A stretch of DNA of 39,281 bases from a virus (lineage: Duplodnaviria; Caudoviricetes): the IMG/VR virus record IMGVR_UViG_3300034091_000183, positions 1 to 39,281 of that record. One strand, 5' to 3'. Every line of letters begins with the position of its first letter. The stretch's first letter is position 1. The notes under the pieces are model-generated. The model was given only the letters and a program-made list of their open reading frames with translations. It did no database searches and had not been told where the DNA came from. The position numbers were made by a program, and so were the translations under genes. Below, one piece after another: positions 35,510 to 39,281 of the stretch.

Positions 35510-37249
35510 ATGGGTTACACGCTGCCAAACGAACCCGGTAGCTGGGGCTACCGGATTCCAGTCACGTACTCCAATGCTGGAGGCGCGACGAAGGGATTGC
35601 AGGTCAACATCCTGCTAGACAGCACATTCAACTACAATGCGTGCCTGGCCGGTGGCGTCGACGTTCGCATCACCGATGCGGACAAGCAGACGATCCTTCC
35701 GTACTTCATCGAGTCCTGGACCTCCGGCACCTCGGCGAGCATCTGGTTCAAAGTCGATCTGGCCGACACGTCGAACCACGTGGCCTATCTGTATTACGGC
35801 AACAATCTAGGCACGCCCATCGCGCCAGCCGCCACTCCTGTTCCGCCCATCGGCCCGTTCAGTCACTCGGACAACTACATCACCACTTCCGGCACGGCCG
35901 TTACGGCCATCACTCCCGAGAACCTCATCCTCGTCGGCAGCACCTACTACTGCGTCTTCGAGAACCGCACGTCGGGCGAAGCTATCGGACTCATGCACAC
36001 GAGCGATCCGACAGTCACCACCGGCTGGACCTTCGACTCGAATGTCACCGCGGTCTTTGAACCGTGTCTGATTCCGAACTACGACGGCCACGGCAACTTC
36101 GCGATGTTCTACACCGGGAGCTCCGGCGCTGGTCCAAGCGGAGGGAACGAGCAGGTTGGTTTCGCTACTGCTCCGGCGATCACCGGCCCGTGGACGAAAT
36201 CCAGCGGAAATCCGGTCATCCCTTGCGGTTCAATCGGCTCCATCGATTACCAGTACGCCGCGGACAGTTGGTACGGTGGGAAATTCGGCAACACGTACTA
36301 CATCGGATACACCGCCGGGCCTGCGACTCAGAACCTCGGCGAACCGTGGGGCCAGAGCTACGTCACCACGACAGACTGGGTGACCTTCACCAAATCGAAC
36401 AAGATGACTTTTGCCGCCGGTGCAGCCTCGCGCTGGGACGCGTGGGACGCTCACCGCGGTCACCCGATTCAGGTCGGATCGCAATGGGTCCAACTCTATT
36501 GCGGATGCGCTTTCGGAAACACCGCGACGTTTCAGGCCGGAGTCATGCTGGCTCCATCGTCCGTCGTCCAGGACATCCGCAACAATGCCGACTACGTGTT
36601 TGATTTCTGGGACGGCTTCGACGGCAGCTCTCTGAATTTGCAGAAGTGGTCGGTTGGCTCGAACCTCACCATCACCGTGTCGGGAAGTATCGCGGATATC
36701 TCAGGGACGGGTTTGTCGAACAACAGCACGACAGGTGTGGCTGGTTCCACCGGCTTCCCGAAGAACATCGTGTGCGAAGGCTATGTGCGATTTAAGAGCG
36801 CTTGCACCAGCGGGTCGACGAACACAACAGACTTCGGCATGGGAGAAGGAAACGTCCTCGACAATTCTTTTCTGATCTCGGCCGAGAACAGCGTGATGCA
36901 GCAAAGCTATTTCGATGGTGGGACTTTCGTAGGCTGGAACACGATCAGCGGCGCGCCGTTCGACACCACCAACTACCACAAGGCGCAAACATTCTGGGAC
37001 GGCACCACGGTGACTTTCGCTGTCGACGGACACACGGCGTCGGCCACGCCTGCGAACATCACCTACAACACAGCATTCTCGGCGGTCTTTTTCATTTACA
37101 AGAACACGGTGCTTCCAGAAATCCTGGTCGACTGGGTTCGCATTCGTAACTGGCCGGGTCACGAGTCGTCGGTTTCGCTGGGGCCGGTTCAGCCTGCGCC
37201 AAGCGGCACCGGAGACGGGCTCAACTACGGTTATCGGTTTCGGTTCTAA
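35510..37249 (+). CDS. DUF2341-like + glycosidase-type beta-propeller + lectin-like protein
   Basis: WGYRIPVT...DVRITDAD...LPYFIE.W...IWFKV...YLYYGN (DUF2341-like); VGFATA...GPWTK...NPVI (GH43/GH130-like propeller); VDWVRIR at the end. Confidence 0.7.
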   Translation: MGYTLPNEPGSWGYRIPVTYSNAGGATKGLQVNILLDSTFNYNACLAGGVDVRITDADKQTILPYFIESWTSGTSASIWFKVDLADTSNHVAYLYYGNNLGTPIAPAATPVPPIGPFSHSDNYITTSGTAVTAITPENLILVGSTYYCVFENRTSGEAIGLMHTSDPTVTTGWTFDSNVTAVFEPCLIPNYDGHGNFAMFYTGSSGAGPSGGNEQVGFATAPAITGPWTKSSGNPVIPCGSIGSIDYQYAADSWYGGKFGNTYYIGYTAGPATQNLGEPWGQSYVTTTDWVTFTKSNKMTFAAGAASRWDAWDAHRGHPIQVGSQWVQLYCGCAFGNTATFQAGVMLAPSSVVQDIRNNADYVFDFWDGFDGSSLNLQKWSVGSNLTITVSGSIADISGTGLSNNSTTGVAGSTGFPKNIVCEGYVRFKSACTSGSTNTTDFGMGEGNVLDNSFLISAENSVMQQSYFDGGTFVGWNTISGAPFDTTNYHKAQTFWDGTTVTFAVDGHTASATPANITYNTAFSAVFFIYKNTVLPEILVDWVRIRNWPGHESSVSLGPVQPAPSGTGDGLNYGYRFRF

Positions 37250-37261
37250 GGTGGGGGAACC

Positions 37262-39031
37262 ATGATTCAATATTTTTCGTACAACTTCAGCACCGTCGAG
37301 AATCCACTGAGCGATGGCGGAAACTTCACCACCATCCCCGGCTACTCTGCGCTGAAAGCAGTCGCGGGAAATCTTTGCGAGGGATCTTCCGCGAGCACGA
37401 ACTGCCTGATGTACTACAGCGGCCAAATTCTTCCGGCCGATCAGTACGCGGAAGTCACGATTCCTTCGCTCGCGATTCCCGGCACTGACTACGTCTACCT
37501 CGTGGTTCGCCAGGTGCCAGGCGCTCAGACCAGTTACTTCCTGGTTCTGCAAGGAACCACGAGTTCGCCCAGCTCACAGACCGCGACTCTCTATGCTCGC
37601 GTCAGCGGTGGCTTGCACAGTCTCGGAACGCAAGCCATCACCATCGCTGCGAACGACGTGATTCGCCTGTCGATCAGCGGAAACACTTTAAGCATTTCGC
37701 AGAACGGATCGGTGCTCACTTCCATCGTAGATGGGCAGTACTACATCAACAATGGTGGGTATGCCGGTTTTGGAATTTTCTCGAGCGTTCTGACAGCCAC
37801 CACCGTGTCGTTGTTTGCCGGAGGCGGTCCTGCGAACCCCGCGGTGGTGCAATACAGTTCCGGCTGGCAGATCGGCGCGTTCGGAACCTCGCTTCCGGCA
37901 TTCGCGAATCCTGTCGGCGCAGGCGATCAGATCGTCGTGTGGGTCGCGTCCATCGATAACCATGGAACCTGCACGGGATGCACAGACAACGCGAGTGGCG
38001 GGAGCAACACCTACACCCAGGTGTTCACGTCGAATCCAAGCAGCGGCATCTACCTGTACTGCTTCCTGGCCACGAACACCTCGGCGCAAACTAGCTTGAC
38101 GATCACGCCGACAAAGAGCGCCAGCGGCACCTATCTCGTGTCCTGCGCTCTCGACTACCAATCGGCCATCGCTTTCACGCTCGACCAGGCCAACTCGCAA
38201 TACGCTGGCAGCGGCACTCGCAACCTGTACGCGCAGACCACTTCGACGCTCGCGCAGGCAATTGAAGTTGCCGTTACCTTCTACAGTGAAACCTCGAACG
38301 ACAACGAGCAAGCCGTTCCGAACAACGGATTCACCATCCGCGCGTTTGAAAACGGAGATCCTGTTCTTGGCGAGTGGTTCGGGTCCGCGGACAAGATCAC
38401 CGCGGCCATCACGGCGATCAGCAATCCTGGATACAACGTCGGCACGAATCTTTCCGGCAACTGCCCCGTCGGAATCGTTTTGCTGTATGCGGCAACTTAC
38501 TCGATCAGCGGCAGTGCCGGTGTCGCCGGTGCCACGGTCTCTTACACCGGAACGTCTTCAGGCAGCACCACGGCCGACGGATCCGGCAACTACACGATCT
38601 CCGGTCTCTCGAACGGCAGCTACACCATCACGCCTTCTCTGACCGGCTACAGCTTCTCGCCGACGAACGCGAGCGAGACCATCAGCGGATCGAGCATCAC
38701 CGGCGTGAACTTCACGGCCACGCATCTCACGGTGGCGACGGCAACCTTCAGTCCGGTTGCTGGCACGTACCAAAAAACTCAGACGGTCACGGTGTCGAAC
38801 TCGAACTCCGGCCTCGCCGGGTTTGCGATGTACTACACCACGGACGGATCCACGCCGACCACGGGATCGACGCCGATCTCGAACGGCGGCACCGTCTCGA
38901 TCAGCCACAACACGACACTCAAGGTGCTCTCGGTGGCCACCGGCTACATCAACTCGATTGCCACCGGGCAGTTCAACATTGTCCAGGGAACCGGCGACGG
39001 GCTTAATTACGGTTACCGCTTTAGGTTCTAG
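37262..39031 (+). CDS. Multi-domain lectin/Ig-like adhesin (B30.2/ConA-like, carboxypeptidase-regulatory-like, chitobiase/FN3-associated)
   Basis: ADQYAEVT; TTADGSGNYTISGLSNGSYTITPS; ATFSPVAGTY...YYTTDGSTPT...TTLKV. Confidence 0.7.
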   Translation: MIQYFSYNFSTVENPLSDGGNFTTIPGYSALKAVAGNLCEGSSASTNCLMYYSGQILPADQYAEVTIPSLAIPGTDYVYLVVRQVPGAQTSYFLVLQGTTSSPSSQTATLYARVSGGLHSLGTQAITIAANDVIRLSISGNTLSISQNGSVLTSIVDGQYYINNGGYAGFGIFSSVLTATTVSLFAGGGPANPAVVQYSSGWQIGAFGTSLPAFANPVGAGDQIVVWVASIDNHGTCTGCTDNASGGSNTYTQVFTSNPSSGIYLYCFLATNTSAQTSLTITPTKSASGTYLVSCALDYQSAIAFTLDQANSQYAGSGTRNLYAQTTSTLAQAIEVAVTFYSETSNDNEQAVPNNGFTIRAFENGDPVLGEWFGSADKITAAITAISNPGYNVGTNLSGNCPVGIVLLYAATYSISGSAGVAGATVSYTGTSSGSTTADGSGNYTISGLSNGSYTITPSLTGYSFSPTNASETISGSSITGVNFTATHLTVATATFSPVAGTYQKTQTVTVSNSNSGLAGFAMYYTTDGSTPTTGSTPISNGGTVSISHNTTLKVLSVATGYINSIATGQFNIVQGTGDGLNYGYRFRF

Positions 39032-39153
39032 CCGGTCTGGCGTACGATCCCCGGGTGGGTAGGGTGATTACGGCAGGGAAGGCTAGATCCCCTCCCTGGC
39101 GGCCCCTGGTAAGGTTTGGCGCTATAAAGGCGCTGATCAAGAAAGGAAAGAGC

Positions 39154-39281
39154 ATGAAAGCACTCCTGAAAGTCCTCGGTCTAGTACTACTGTTAGCCAC
39201 CGGCGCAAGCGCTCAATGCATCAACACTGTCCAGGGAACCTGGTGGAGCGCCGCGCTCGGATCCTCGCAGACTGGAAACTT
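39154..39281 (+). CDS. Secreted protein with Sec signal peptide (partial)
   Basis: AAGGA SD; MKALLKVLGLVLLLATGASA/QCINT...; runs off the window. Confidence 0.6.
   Translation, partial: MKALLKVLGLVLLLATGASAQCINTVQGTWWSAALGSSQTGN

Noticed and set aside
37205-39031. Diversity-generating retroelement TR/VR pair
   Set aside because: Differences are synonymous and not adenine-specific, the repeat is only 45 bp, and no reverse transcriptase is seen.

Overview
This window is a GC-rich segment of a tailed-phage (or prophage) genome with podovirus-like gene order. From left to right it holds a portal, a scaffold-like protein, the major capsid protein, a phage GroES, head-tail and tail proteins, a GNAT-like gene and three probable ejection proteins. 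Next come a broken GP88-like domain, a few small divergent genes, and a 7-gene glycosyltransferase/sugar-modification operon containing a perfect parS site. After that are an RNA-protein module and genes for lectin/adhesin-like proteins. The most striking element is at 31081-33879. A promoter appears to drive a tandem array of four structured ncRNAs, followed by a terminator, an HNH nuclease gene and a TROVE-vWA (Ro60/Rsr-like) gene. All four RNAs share the same terminal architecture (closing stem, TACYG/CRACGC internal loop, second stem, 3' GNRA hairpin) but carry different cargo: a complete tRNA-Thr(CGT), a possible pseudoknotted domain, a circularly permuted YrlA-like tRNA body, and an isolated Gln(TTG)-like anticodon stem-loop. 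All calls come from reading motifs and gene order by eye; no searches or folding programs were run.
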